From Mytilus trossulus (lineage: Eukaryota): a DNA stretch of 64,000 nt. The stretch is from NCBI RefSeq assembly GCF_036588685.1, contig NC_086383.1, positions 56,296,001 through 56,360,000 of the forward strand. The letters are read 5' to 3'. The notes under the pieces were generated by a model that searched no databases, had not been told where the DNA came from, and worked only from the letters and a program-made list of their open reading frames with translations. Below are positions 41,901 through 51,712 of the stretch, piece after piece. Position 1 is the stretch's first letter. The number at the start of each line of letters is the position of its first letter. Both the position numbers and the translations under genes were made by a program.

Positions 41901-44900
41901 GTTTTACTCATACCTGGCTACAGTATTTATATCAAAGCAAGAGACCAAATTAAGCTTTAACCAATTAACAGCAATCATACATGTACATAAATAACATTTA
42001 ATAATTAATCATCATTTGATAAAAAATAAACAACATTTGATATGTCTCTTATGACACAATTTTATTTTGGAAATTTATATAATTTTTTTAGAGAATATAT
42101 ATACATATGAAAAATATATCGAATAATTCAACTGGAATTTCAACAAAAATTGGGTGCAAATATGTAAGGCGCGAATGGACGTAGGGCGCATAGGTGTGTG
42201 GTACGTATAGATTATGGGGTTTTCTACACAATGTGACATTGATATCTTAAAATATCAGCCACAAGCCACAAAGTGAACCTTTTTTACGAGGGAATGATCT
42301 ACATGTCAGTGGTGGATCCAGACTTTTCCTAAGGGGGGGGGGGGGGGGGGGGGGTGGGGGGGGGGGGGGGGGGGGGGGGTGCCTCTGACTGACCTAAGAG
42401 GGGGCCTGCTCCAGTCATGCTTCAATGATTCCCTATATAAATCAACCAAATTTTTCCCACAAAAGGGGGGGGCCCGGGCCCCCCTGGATCCTATGAATGT
42501 TTCTCATTATGTCGAGTGGCTGATATTTTATGATATCGATTTATATTAAAGAAGAAAAGAAAACTTGATTATCTTTTTATTGTTCTGTTACTGGTCTTTT
42601 CCCTCGTCCTAAGACAGTTTTACACTTGACAAAAGCAAGCTTGATAACATCTCTTGTATTGTGACATCCCTGATAACTTCTCCTTTCACATTGTGACGTG
42701 GCTGATAATGCATGGTCTTGTTATTAAGCCTTGATAGGAGAATTACAGAGCGACTGAGCAGGGTTATATGGGCATAGGGAAGGACAATACACATGTTTAT
42801 TGAACAATATAGTCCAAATAATTATAAGGTCTGACAATGCTATTTTAATTTTTTTGGGACAACCTCATAGGAAGGAGTCCCAGAAAAAAAATAGCCTTGC
42901 CAGTCATAATTATTTTGACAAGGCGTGAAACAGACTTGATCTCTTCACATCCTGGGGCTAACTTCAACTTTTACAGTTAATAAAGATTATGAGAAAGTAT
43001 TTGATTTTTAATGAAAAGGACCTTTGAAACTGGAATTAAAATATGACTTGTCATGCTAGTCCAGGACATTTATTCTTGAAGGCAAATGTTAACCTTACTC
43101 AGTTACTGGTATTAAAACTCATTAGTCCAAGATTGCTCTGACGTCCAACGGTTTTTTGCCACAACTTGCACAAGCTGGCCAGTGAGGGCCCCTCAGTCCA
43201 AGATTTTCTGGCGAAACAGTCGTTGGATGTAAAAACAATCTCGGACTAATACTATATAAAGATTATCTTTATGGTCAACATAATTTTACGTATATAATTT
43301 ATTCATTGTAGTTGTAAAACTTGTGTTGATGTTGTCGTGTATTTTTCGGGAATCAAATGGATTACTTACTGGAAAAATAGTTGTGATCATTAGAGTAAGT
43401 CGATGTTTTGGTCCATCGGGCATGTTGACTCTCCGACACCTTCAGATATCTTTTAGATTTGAAGCCATGCTTACGTATTCTTGTCATCACTGCAGCTACC
43501 AACGTTACGTACAGCAGACGACTGTTGTTGTTTACAAATGGCGCCGGAAATTAAACGATGTCGTAATCGTGCGATCGCAAAATTATTTCCACAAAACAAC
43601 AATAAAACAACTTTCATTTATTACAAAAGTTTCAATATATTCAATCGTTTAATAAATTTTGTATTTATTATTTATTTGTACAATAATAAGTTTCGCATTT
43701 TACCGACAGTTCGAGTTGCGCAGAAAATTCAAATTCGTCAGGTTCATATCTCCTTAAAGAGACATATCACTTCCTGTCACGTGCACTGACCTTAAATTTC
43801 TCTTTGATATTTCTAAACTACAGTCTACATCATGTACATAAGTTACTCTCCGCAATGCATTTAGATGTTATGATTTTAGACCCTTGGTAATGTTGTGACG
43901 TCACAATTAGACCCAATGACGTCACAATAGCAACTATGATGTCATAATACTTTGATGTCACAATTGCCACAAAAATTCTAGCTTTCAGTACTCAATAATA
44001 CAATTTGAATAAAATTTGCATAAAAAATTAAAATTTAATAATTATTATGTGCTCACATATATTTATATATATTTTCTACCCAATAATCTACATATATATA
44101 TAGTAATAAGTATAAAAAAGAAAAAGCTTTGAATGGACTTTGCTCATTGTTAAAGGCCATACAGTGACTTATAGCTGTTAATTTCTGGGTCATTTGGTCT
44201 CTTGTGTAAAGTTGTCCCATTGGCAATCATACCACATCTTCTTTTTTATATTTCTTACTAATTATGTTGAGTTCTCTTGATGATATTAATAACTGTCTCT
44301 TCAATCAGAAGAGTGAAAATTGAAAAATAAATATTTAAAATATAAATTCCATATATTTTTTTCTACCCAATGCAATACTCTACATTTACTATAATAAAAA
44401 AAAATGCTTTGTATACAAAAAGTACAATCAGTTTGTTTATTAACAAGTTATTAAAATCAAAAATTAGGAGCAAAACACATGGGAAATGTACTTCATTATT
44501 AATTATGTTGAGTTCTCTTGATAATATCAAGTTAACTGACTTTTTCACTTAAAAGTTAATTAAGATAAAGAAATTAATATTGAAAAAATCCATTCTTGCT
44601 CAGATTTATATATTTTCTACCCTATATTCTATATAGTAAAAAAAAAATTCTACAAAAAGTAGAATTTATTTTGTAAATATGTTCTTTAAGGAATGACTGT
44701 GATATTTTTTCTGTCTATGAAGGAATAACATAAAAAATGTGGTGCACATTGAATAACCCGCGTAGCGGGTGATTTACAGTGTGCACCAAATTTTTTATGT
44801 TATTTCGAATAGACAGAAAAATATTACAGTCATTTCTTAAAATTTAATTCTAAATTCCATTTTAAACAGTAGAAAACCATGTAAAACGTGGATGATGTCA

Positions 44901-47900
44901 CAGTCACATGACTAAATTATGTCTATGGGCTGATAACAAAATAATGTCAGCAAATCAGAAGACGCATTACATCCAAAATTGAATTATTAAATTATAAGTT
45001 TCAGCTCAAGAAAACTACCTACATGCTGTTAATATTTGCATTTGTATAAAGCTTTTTTTATATTTCATTTTTTTGTAAAGGGAACCTTTTAAATTTTTAA
45101 TTCCAAAACATAACTGCTTTAATAATTGTCTTAAAAATTGCACATAATGAATTATTTTCCCTTAATATTATCACGTTTAATTGAAATATTTTAAAAACCT
45201 TATATTCTGTTCAAAACCCAAAATAATCAATTAAATTCATGGCTATTATTTATGTTAATTCTAACTTCAATACTAATATTTATAAAACTGCCTTTTTCAT
45301 TCAAAAAAGGAAGAAATGGAAAAAAATATTTAAAAAATCCATTCTATATGACAACAGTGAGTGGTGCATTAAAGTATTTATCAGGTTTAAATCATAATGA
45401 TGATACGGCTTGTGCTGTTATGAGGGGGAGGACAGGGGGGTACCCATCTCCCTTCTCCCACCCCTCTTCTCCTTTCTCATACCCCGTTCTCCTTTCTCCC
45501 ATTAGAATAAAACATCTCCTTTTGAGATATTTTTTTCTTGAAATATAAGATCATTTTAGAGATCCAACTTTTTCTCCTTTCTCCCAGCCTTCCTTTCCTT
45601 CCTCCTACCCTCTTTCTCCTTTCTCCCACCCCTTTCTCCTTTCTCCCACCCCTTTCTCCTTTCTCCTTGTCTCCCTTACCCCTGTCCTCCCTCTCTGTTA
45701 TTCTAATGCAACACTGTTTCAGTTTGTAATGTTCATTTTGATTGGAAAATGTCACCAATTTTTCTGGCATCAATTCACATTTGATATTATGAAAATGTAC
45801 ATGTAAGTGTACATGCAAGTGCAGACAAGGTATAACAGATTTAAAATATATGTTTTAACATTGTTTTCTGCAAGTTTAATTAGACAGGTGTCAATGGCAG
45901 TGCATGATCCTATTTGTTAGTTTTTGTATCAAAATCTGTAGGGCTTGCCCTGCGCTATATTACAACAGCAGTGCACACTCGTATCTGTTTGGTTTAAATC
46001 AAAATGATAGTGGTCTGTAGTATGGTGTGATGGTATACATGTTTGTATAAACATGATGAATATGCAGCCAAATAGAATATGCGTTATGTATAATCAGCCT
46101 AATAAGTAATTGTTCTGTAGCTGTGAATATGATTACCTGGTACATATACCTTCCTCTCAGATAAAACAGCTGTCATCAAATAAACAATTTTACTAGAATA
46201 CCATAACTGCTGAATTAATATTTATTTAGCTTTGTTATTTTTTTACAATCTGATAAATTTCTTTATTCTAGTAGCATCTCATTTTTTTTTTCTTTTCAAA
46301 AATGGAGATTTTCTTTAAATATGTGTATTTTTATTTCCTTTTCATATTTACTAAGCTGAATTTCACTTTTTTTTTCTTTCTAATTACTGAACAGAATTTG
46401 ACAATGTTTTTTATTTATGATGAAAAGTTAAAGCCACTTGTAATTTGAACTGAGCAAAATTTCCAATATGATATAGTCCCACAAAGAGGCCAGTATATTA
46501 TTTTGTAAAATCAAATAGCCTTTCTCTGCAGTGTCAGTCTTTTATCATGTTTTTATAATGAAATTATTACCTATTATACATTATAAAAAAAACTCTCATG
46601 TGAGGCCACATTTAAAAGAATGTTGGTTTCCCCTGGTAATCAGACAAGGAATGCATGTTATTTTTTTTTAACTTGACACATGTTGATGTCATAGCATGGT
46701 CACATGAATGGTTTGAATTGTACAGGCCACTATTCAGTTATTTGTGCTCAATTTGAGTGCATTTCTTTAGATTATCAATCTATCTGCTTTCAAGCACTTC
46801 CCAAATATGGAAACAAATTAATTTTCTTACCAGGGGGCTTATTTATGACCCTGGATGGGAGGAGGGGAAACAAACATATCTTTAATTTTGATGTTTTAGG
46901 CTTCTACTTGTGGTAAGCCAGAGACACCGATGTAACCCTATCAGACAACAGAAGTAAGTTTTACCCTTTCTTTAGGTACTGCAGGTTCACTTATTTTGAT
47001 GTCCAATGATACATCTTCATCTGATATGCTGGGCATGGGATGGCTCAGGCTCGTCTTCGTAAAACTTGTCTGACGGAATGTACCTCTGGGTTGCATGCTC
47101 AATACTTCTACACCTGTCAGCAAAAAACAATAATGAGTCATTTTGACAAAACAACATTTTCATAACAGCCTTTTTGGAGCATTAATTGTAAACTCCCAGT
47201 AACATGTTTAACCCCGCCACATTATTTATGTATGTGCCTGTCCCAAGTCAGGAGCCTGTAATTCAGTGGTTGTCGTTTCTTTATGTGTTACATATTTGTT
47301 TTTCGTTCATTTTTTACATAAATAAGGCCGTTAGTTTGAATTGTTTTACATTGTCTTATCGGGGCCTTTGAAGGCTGACTATGCGGTATGGGCTTTGCTC
47401 ATTGTTGAAGGCCGTATGGTGACCTATAGTTGTTAATGTTTGTGTCATTTTGGTCTTTTGTGGATAGTTGTCTCATTGGCAATCATACCACATCTTCTTT
47501 TTTATATTGACATTTTTTTTTTACTTTGAACTTGATATCAAACACCTTATTGATTAAATGTTGATTAATTGTTGGTGTTTTAATATCACTTTTTAGTGCC
47601 ACATTTTAGCTATTTCATGGCAGTCAGTTTTTATTGGTGGAGGAAGCCGGAGTGCCAATAGAAAATCATTGACCTTTGATAGTAAAGCTGACAATCCTAG
47701 TCAATTATGATTGGAGTCCAGGGCAAACACAGGAGCAAGGTTAAAAGTCACAACCTCAGTGTTGACTGGCTCATGAAAATAGTAGTAGAACTTCTTTGAC
47801 CACTGAGGATCCACAACATTTTGAAAGAAAACATACCTGTGGCCATCTTGTCTGCAACATTCTCAGTTTTCCGTCCTGACATAGAGTACCCTCCCTTGTT

Positions 47901-50900
47901 TTTAGTAAAGCTGTAACGTTCAGGATTTTTCCCTCTGATACCATCAACTTCATCAGAGCCATGTCTTGGTGATGCACCATAACCTTCCTGATATAAAATT
48001 CAGTGTCATAAATTAGAAATCAACAGCTTTTTTTTATGACAAGACTTCAGGCTAATGGAATGCAACTCAAAGAACTTTTGCTGGCTGCACTGCATTTTTT
48101 TCACATTTTTATATGCCTAAATACTGTAAATTCAGAAATTATTACGAGGTTTTTATTATTGCGAAAAATGCGACAGAGTTGTAATCGCAATAATTTAAAC
48201 TCGCATTTTGAAATATTTTAAATGAATTAAACAGGATTTTTCTCAAAATCGTAAAAATTAAAGTCGTATTTTGTTTTAAAATGACAAAATCACAATAATA
48301 AATTCACGCAATTATTTCTGAATTTACAGTATTCTTTTTCAATTATAAGGAGGTGCACTTGTTATCATTTCCTTAAAACAATTAGTTCCAGCATTTAATT
48401 TGACCCATCGTTATCTTCTTTTTAGCAGGATCTGTGTATTCTTCCAGAACACATGAGATCACTAGAGTCTTATTGGCCGTATGGGCTTAAGTATGGGCTT
48501 TCAACAATGAGCAAAGACTTTGCTCATTGTTGAAACCCGTACAGTGGCCTAAAGTTGTTAAAATTTCTGGGTCATTAGGTCTCTTGTGAAGAGTTATTTC
48601 ATTGGCAATCATGTTGCTCAGCATTAAGGTTTCTACATACCAGGTGATACCGCTATACATGTATGTTGTGCTATGTGAACTATTGTTCAACTTTTAGTCC
48701 ATGCACAAAGAGGAAAGGGATCAATATAATGTGGATTCATTTATTTTCGTGGGTATCAATTTTCATGGATTGACGTAAACAAGCATTTTCGTGGATATTT
48801 GATTTCATGGTTTTGCCAATATTTGCATACAAATCCTATAGAAAATATGTAATTCGTTGAACACAGAATTCATTGTTCACCTGTACCCACAAACCATGAA
48901 AATTGGTATCCAACGAAAATAATAATGAATTTACAGTAAGATGCAAAACTTGTTTCCCAATCCACTATAAATAAATATTAACAACTAAGTCTTTTTGGAC
49001 TATTGAATCATTAGTAATCATATAAAATTTCTTATTCTTATTCAGGCACAGAACCTTTTTTTCACAATTTTCTTACCCAAGACTTAGTTTTGAAAATATC
49101 TCTGACATCAGTCTTGTTACTCTGTTTCTGTTTCTTCCTAATCGTTGCATTTAAAGTATCTACCCTCCTTTTCACAACAGCAGCCTGATGGGAGGTCAAG
49201 GTCGCAGTCAGGGCATCAATGTCATCCTCCGACAAATCCTTCCCATCTGTAAACAAAACATTTATATAGATTTATTTATGTTTAGTACATGGAATCAAGA
49301 TTAATTAAGGAATGACTGTAAAAAGAGCATATCATAAGGAACATGTGTACTAAGTTTCAAGTTGATTGGACTTGAACTTCATCAAAAACTACCTTGACCA
49401 ATAACTTTAACCTGAAGCGGGATAGACGAACAGACTAACAAACGAACAGAAGCACAGACCAGAAAACATAATGCCCCTCTAACTATCGTAGGTGGGGCAT
49501 AAAAATGTGATATGATTGCCTAATTTGCCAATGAGAAAACTCTTCACAAGAGACAAAATGACACAGAAATTAACAACTATATGTCACTGTTAAATCTGTT
49601 TTAATATGATATTTAATTAGTTTTAAAAATGGTTTCCATTAAAAAATGCACTGCAGAGTCCAAAATGTAATAAATGAAGATGCTAGTGATTTGAAGGTGA
49701 TTCACTGTGAAATATCTTTCTGTATAATCAACAGGCAATACAATGTAATTGACAGGATGATTCACTAACACCAGCAAGAGTATTTTTTGTGCGATCAGGT
49801 TATGGGTTCTGTTCCCAGAATTACTAACCTTAACAGACATACATTTAATGTTGGTAAGTAGATATAAGAAGATGTGGTATGAGTACCAATGAGACAACTC
49901 TCAATCCAAGTGACAGATATCAATTTGTAAAAAATAAACCATTTTGTGCCAAAGGTCTATTTGAAATTTATCTACAAGCTGTGGTTCTTACTCAATCAGC
50001 CAAAACTGACCTTTATATTAAACTTTAGAATATTCTAAATAAGCTTAAGGTTCTTTCAGGCAGAAGGTTTACTATTTCAAATGTGTTATTACTATTATTC
50101 CCCTTTTTTTAACCTCAGACAATCATTTTCATGAAAGCTTAATTTGAATTTTGTGGCTTTTATCAAATTCTGCCTACAAATACTGTAATTTTTGGTCATA
50201 TTCACCCATGAAAATGATCTCCCCATAAGTTAATTCATCAATAGTATTCATTATTGGTACTGACCATGTAAGGCATTAACAACAAAACCATAACCAGCTT
50301 CATTCAGCCATGCTGCCTCCTGTTCACCTTCTGAAAAATAACAAATACATTGTACATTTATTATGTACTACAAAAGTTGCCTTCTTCAAATAAACAAATT
50401 ATACAATGTGGACTTATTTACTTCAAAAGTTGCATTGCAATTGATATTTTGAAATAATATTAAAACAGCTAATATAATTGGTTTAGCCAATACCTGATTA
50501 GGTGGAGTCTACAGAATGTCTAATATTGGAACCAGATACTTATTAAACAAGAATGTGTCACCAGTACACGGATGCCCCATCCACACTATCATTGTGTCAT
50601 GTGTACTATTGTTTGTCTGTTTGTCTTTTTCATTTTTAGCCATGGCGTTCCTCTTTTACAGGTTTGGGGTCACTGTTGAAAACTCTTTTTCATTAACTTC
50701 ACCATTTGAAGTGGGTCTCACTGGGGTCTAAGCGTGACGCGGAATTGACGATTTTTAGCAAACGTGACACGTGAAAGGCAAATTATTGTGGCGTGAAAAC
50801 TAGAAATGAGGTCTTGGGGGACGCGGGGAAATGACAAAAAAATGAGAATTGCTTACGTACATAGTGTAAGCGGGATACGGTAATCTGACAAAACAGTAAG

Positions 50901-51059
50901 AGGGATCTGGGATTGAATGAGACCCCCTTTGAACTTAGTAAACTTACCGTCAGGTGTTTTTGAGTGCAGATCTTCTTCACCATCATCATCCTGATTGTTC
51001 TCTATATCATGGAACTCCTTCCAATAATCATCGTAAAGATTACTACTCGGTCTTGCCAT
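17962..51059 (-). CDS. ARHGAP18: Rho GTPase-activating protein, ARHGAP18/28/40 (Drosophila Conundrum) family, 17 coding exons, 655 aa
   Basis: Exons (minus): 51059-50948, 50330-50265, 49246-49077, 47987-47837, 47113-46965, 30187-30140, 28944-28782, 27270-27179, 26385-26308, 26060-25901, 23166-23084, 22170-21958, 21260-21186, 20503-20438, 19407-19274, 18625-18513, 18056-17962. All GT-AG with consistent phases, 1968 nt. Motifs: EGEQEAAWL, GLFGVPL, Arg finger EGILRVPG, LLKQFLRELP, NVAMIIAPNLF and the family C-terminus LFEVGGNIGERCLD…VNPNAEWIIK. The symbol denotes the family, not one-to-one orthology. Confidence 0.93.
22497..22765. mobile_element. Kolobok-type MITE
   Basis: TTAA on both sides; TIR GGTGGTACC(C/T)AACACT, 15/16. 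Confidence 0.85.
23257..23500 (+). mobile_element. Helentron-associated (HINE/pearl-like) non-autonomous element
   Basis: Starts aacaagaatgtgtcc; core aagttgattgga…aaaactttaacctgaagcgg; GAYR microsatellite and 3' hairpin (tgccc…gcataaaaa). Relatives at 49320-49505 and 59440-59746; similar end at 12980-13053. Confidence 0.6.
26907..27082 (+). mobile_element. Second dispersed repeat family (cattatcactgaactagta…gacacattccccatttccattctcaatttta)
   Basis: Copies at 20880-21030, 60632-60890 (partly inverted) and 61160-61335. Confidence 0.8.
27593..27733. repeat. Long imperfect hairpin of a non-autonomous (Crypton-like) element
   Basis: gttata.ggtt..ctactgaccccctac…gtagggggtcagtag..aacc.tataac. Analogous hairpins at 28034-28200, 42815-42916, 43122-43250 and 44686-44840. 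Confidence 0.7.
28412..28713. mobile_element. piggyBac-type MITE
   Basis: TTAA TSD; perfect 13-bp TIR CCCTTTCCTCCAT. Confidence 0.85.
29030..29234. mobile_element. PIF/Harbinger-type MITE
   Basis: TTA TSD; TIR (A/G)GGCTATTCCAGAAAAAAA. Confidence 0.8.
29794..30074. mobile_element. Head-to-tail dimer of a ~135-bp MITE
   Basis: Two units cataaaactttgctcagtgct…gattggttgatttt…gaaagttttatgaccg..aggcctg, each with inverted ends. Confidence 0.75.
31419..31900. repeat. Two-copy tandem duplication in the 3' region of the Kolobok element
   Basis: tggttatcttcc..tacacttttggtctgcaatc…aagtacccttattacccatatgataggat…cccttactcaa is repeated at ~31420 and ~31688. Confidence 0.85.
31980..43487 (-). CDS. DDE transposase (Kolobok/'Mutator-like' type) fused to C-terminal DEDDh 3'-5' exonuclease, 9 exons, 871 aa
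   Basis: Exons 43487-43370, 38951-38743, 38232-38136, 37571-37391, 36598-36519, 35783-34993, 34356-34217, 33792-33599, 32785-31980. All GT-AG, phases consistent, 2616 nt with no internal stop. Transposase: CLKC…C..IC Zn ribbon, DAGWQKRGSGR, CRVC…HAC.NWEGSSKGME, GDEDS, SDRNH, TQANES. Exonuclease: ExoI YFDVETTG, ExoII GHNSKIFD, ExoIII AHDSMEDV. Confidence 0.9.
40305..42215. mobile_element. Older MITE interrupted by the hAT element (ends approximate)
   Basis: Inverted arms ttcacaccttacatgttcgcacccaa (40356-40381) and ttgggtgcaaatatgtaaggcgcgaa (42150-42175). Confidence 0.65.
40467..41801. mobile_element. Non-autonomous hAT element nested in transposase intron 1
   Basis: Perfect 16-bp TIR CAGTGTTCTCCCCAGA; perfect 8-bp TSD TATAAATA (40459-40466, 41802-41809). 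Confidence 0.92.
42307..42492. mobile_element. Short hAT-like element with a long poly-G tract; similar elements at ~53515-53663 and ~55385-55525
   Basis: cagtggtggatccag…ctggatcc inverted ends; G-run 42332-42379. Confidence 0.55.
45422..45695. mobile_element. MITE with 6-bp TSD and pyrimidine-rich (ttctcct) interior
   Basis: TSD TGTTAT on both sides; TIR GAG(G/A)GGGAGGACAGGGG, 16/17. Confidence 0.85.
47198..47506 (+). mobile_element. High-copy short interspersed repeat (3' end ttgtctcattggcaatcataccacatcttcttttt)
   Basis: Copies or fragments at ~18320-18405, 20070-20195 (rev), 33385-33502, 36970-37305, 44135-44250, 48520-48612, 49500-49590 (rev). A sister subfamily at 5510-5702 and 19550-19750 is near-identical between those two copies. 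Confidence 0.85.
50711..50927. mobile_element. MITE with 6-bp TSD; related inverted copy at ~25603-25815
   Basis: TSD TTTGAA on both sides; termini G(T/G)GGGTCTCA. Sits about 20 bp from the donor of the first RhoGAP coding exon. Confidence 0.8.
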
Positions 51060-51280
51060 GGTAACACATCATGTCAACAGTTACTCCATGGTAACCTGAA
51101 AGTATATAAAAATTATACTACTTGGCTTAAATAATATATAACAATGGCAATGAATGGTAACACCGCAGATCAACAGTTACTCCATGGTAATCTGAAAATA
51201 AATATAATTTAAATATTGCTACTCTGTCTTGCCATGGTAACACATCATGTCAACAGTTACTTCATGGTAACCTAAAAAAT
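51050..51280 (-). repeat. Triplicated splice-acceptor/start-codon segment of the first RhoGAP coding exon
   Basis: tcttgccatggtaacacatcatgtcaacagttact(c/t)catggtaacct at 51051-51097 and 51227-51273; diverged copy at ~51154-51193. Confidence 0.85.
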
Positions 51281-51513
51281 CACAAAAATCAAAGAAACAG
51301 CACTCTTATTACTGTTCTTCATCTGAAAGTCACAGACCTAAAACTCTAATCTCACTGCAAGTTTATAAGACTTAAATCCTAGCACCATTTTGATAGGAAT
51401 TCTTTGCAAAAAAGTCACAAAAGACTTTAAATGTTTACCAACTAAAGAACGCCACATATCACAACAACAAAAGCTCCATAGCATTCTGTGATCAAAACAA
51501 ATTAAAAAGAATA

Positions 51514-51712
51514 CTGTGGATTCATTTATTTTCGTGGGTACCAATTTTCGTGGATTACGGAAATCTTGCATATTCGTGGATATTTAATTTCGTGGTTTTG
51601 CCAAAGGCTGCATATCAGCCTATATAAATTTTGTTATTCGTTGAACATTTAATTTTGTGGTTCACCTGTACCCACGAAAATTGGTATCCAATGAATAATA
51701 ATGAATCCACAG
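51514..51712. mobile_element. Tc1/mariner-type MITE (TA TSD), multi-copy family
   Basis: TA|CTGTGGATTCAT…ATGAATCCACAG|TA. Further copies at ~34774-34983, 48730-48938, 54023-54240, 55155-55362; a related family at 48123-48330. Confidence 0.85.

Larger units (their letters stand above)
30355..43753 (-). mobile_element. Full-length Kolobok-type DNA transposon (13,399 bp) in RhoGAP coding intron 5
   Basis: TTAA at 30351-30354 and 43754-43757. TIRs GGTGATATGAACCTGAC (left) and GGAGATATGAACCTGAC (right, reverse complement), 16/17 identical. TTAA TSD and RR termini fit Kolobok. Encloses the transposase gene. Confidence 0.92.

Noticed and set aside
42332-42379. Poly-G and poly-C runs (also 40009-40032) as functional G-quadruplexes
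   Set aside because: Homopolymers, the G-run within a MITE; lengths are unreliable in assemblies and there is no supporting context.
42609-42794. Possible extra RhoGAP or transposase exon
   Set aside because: No convincing splice sites; both genes splice in frame without it.
30355-43753. KolobokP-like composite structure with long terminal direct repeats, or classification as piggyBac/MULE
   Set aside because: No long direct repeats seen between the two ends. Termini are GG not CC, the TSD is TTAA not 9 bp, and the transposase motifs are not piggyBac-like.
43323-43789. Plus-strand ORFs as a possible KolX-like second gene
   Set aside because: No recognisable motifs, non-ATG starts, antisense to exon 1, and one runs through the TIR.
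45477-45818. Arg/Gly/Lys-rich 113-aa ORF and its Pro/Leu/Ser-rich antisense
   Set aside because: Translation of the low-complexity interior of the 45422-45695 MITE.
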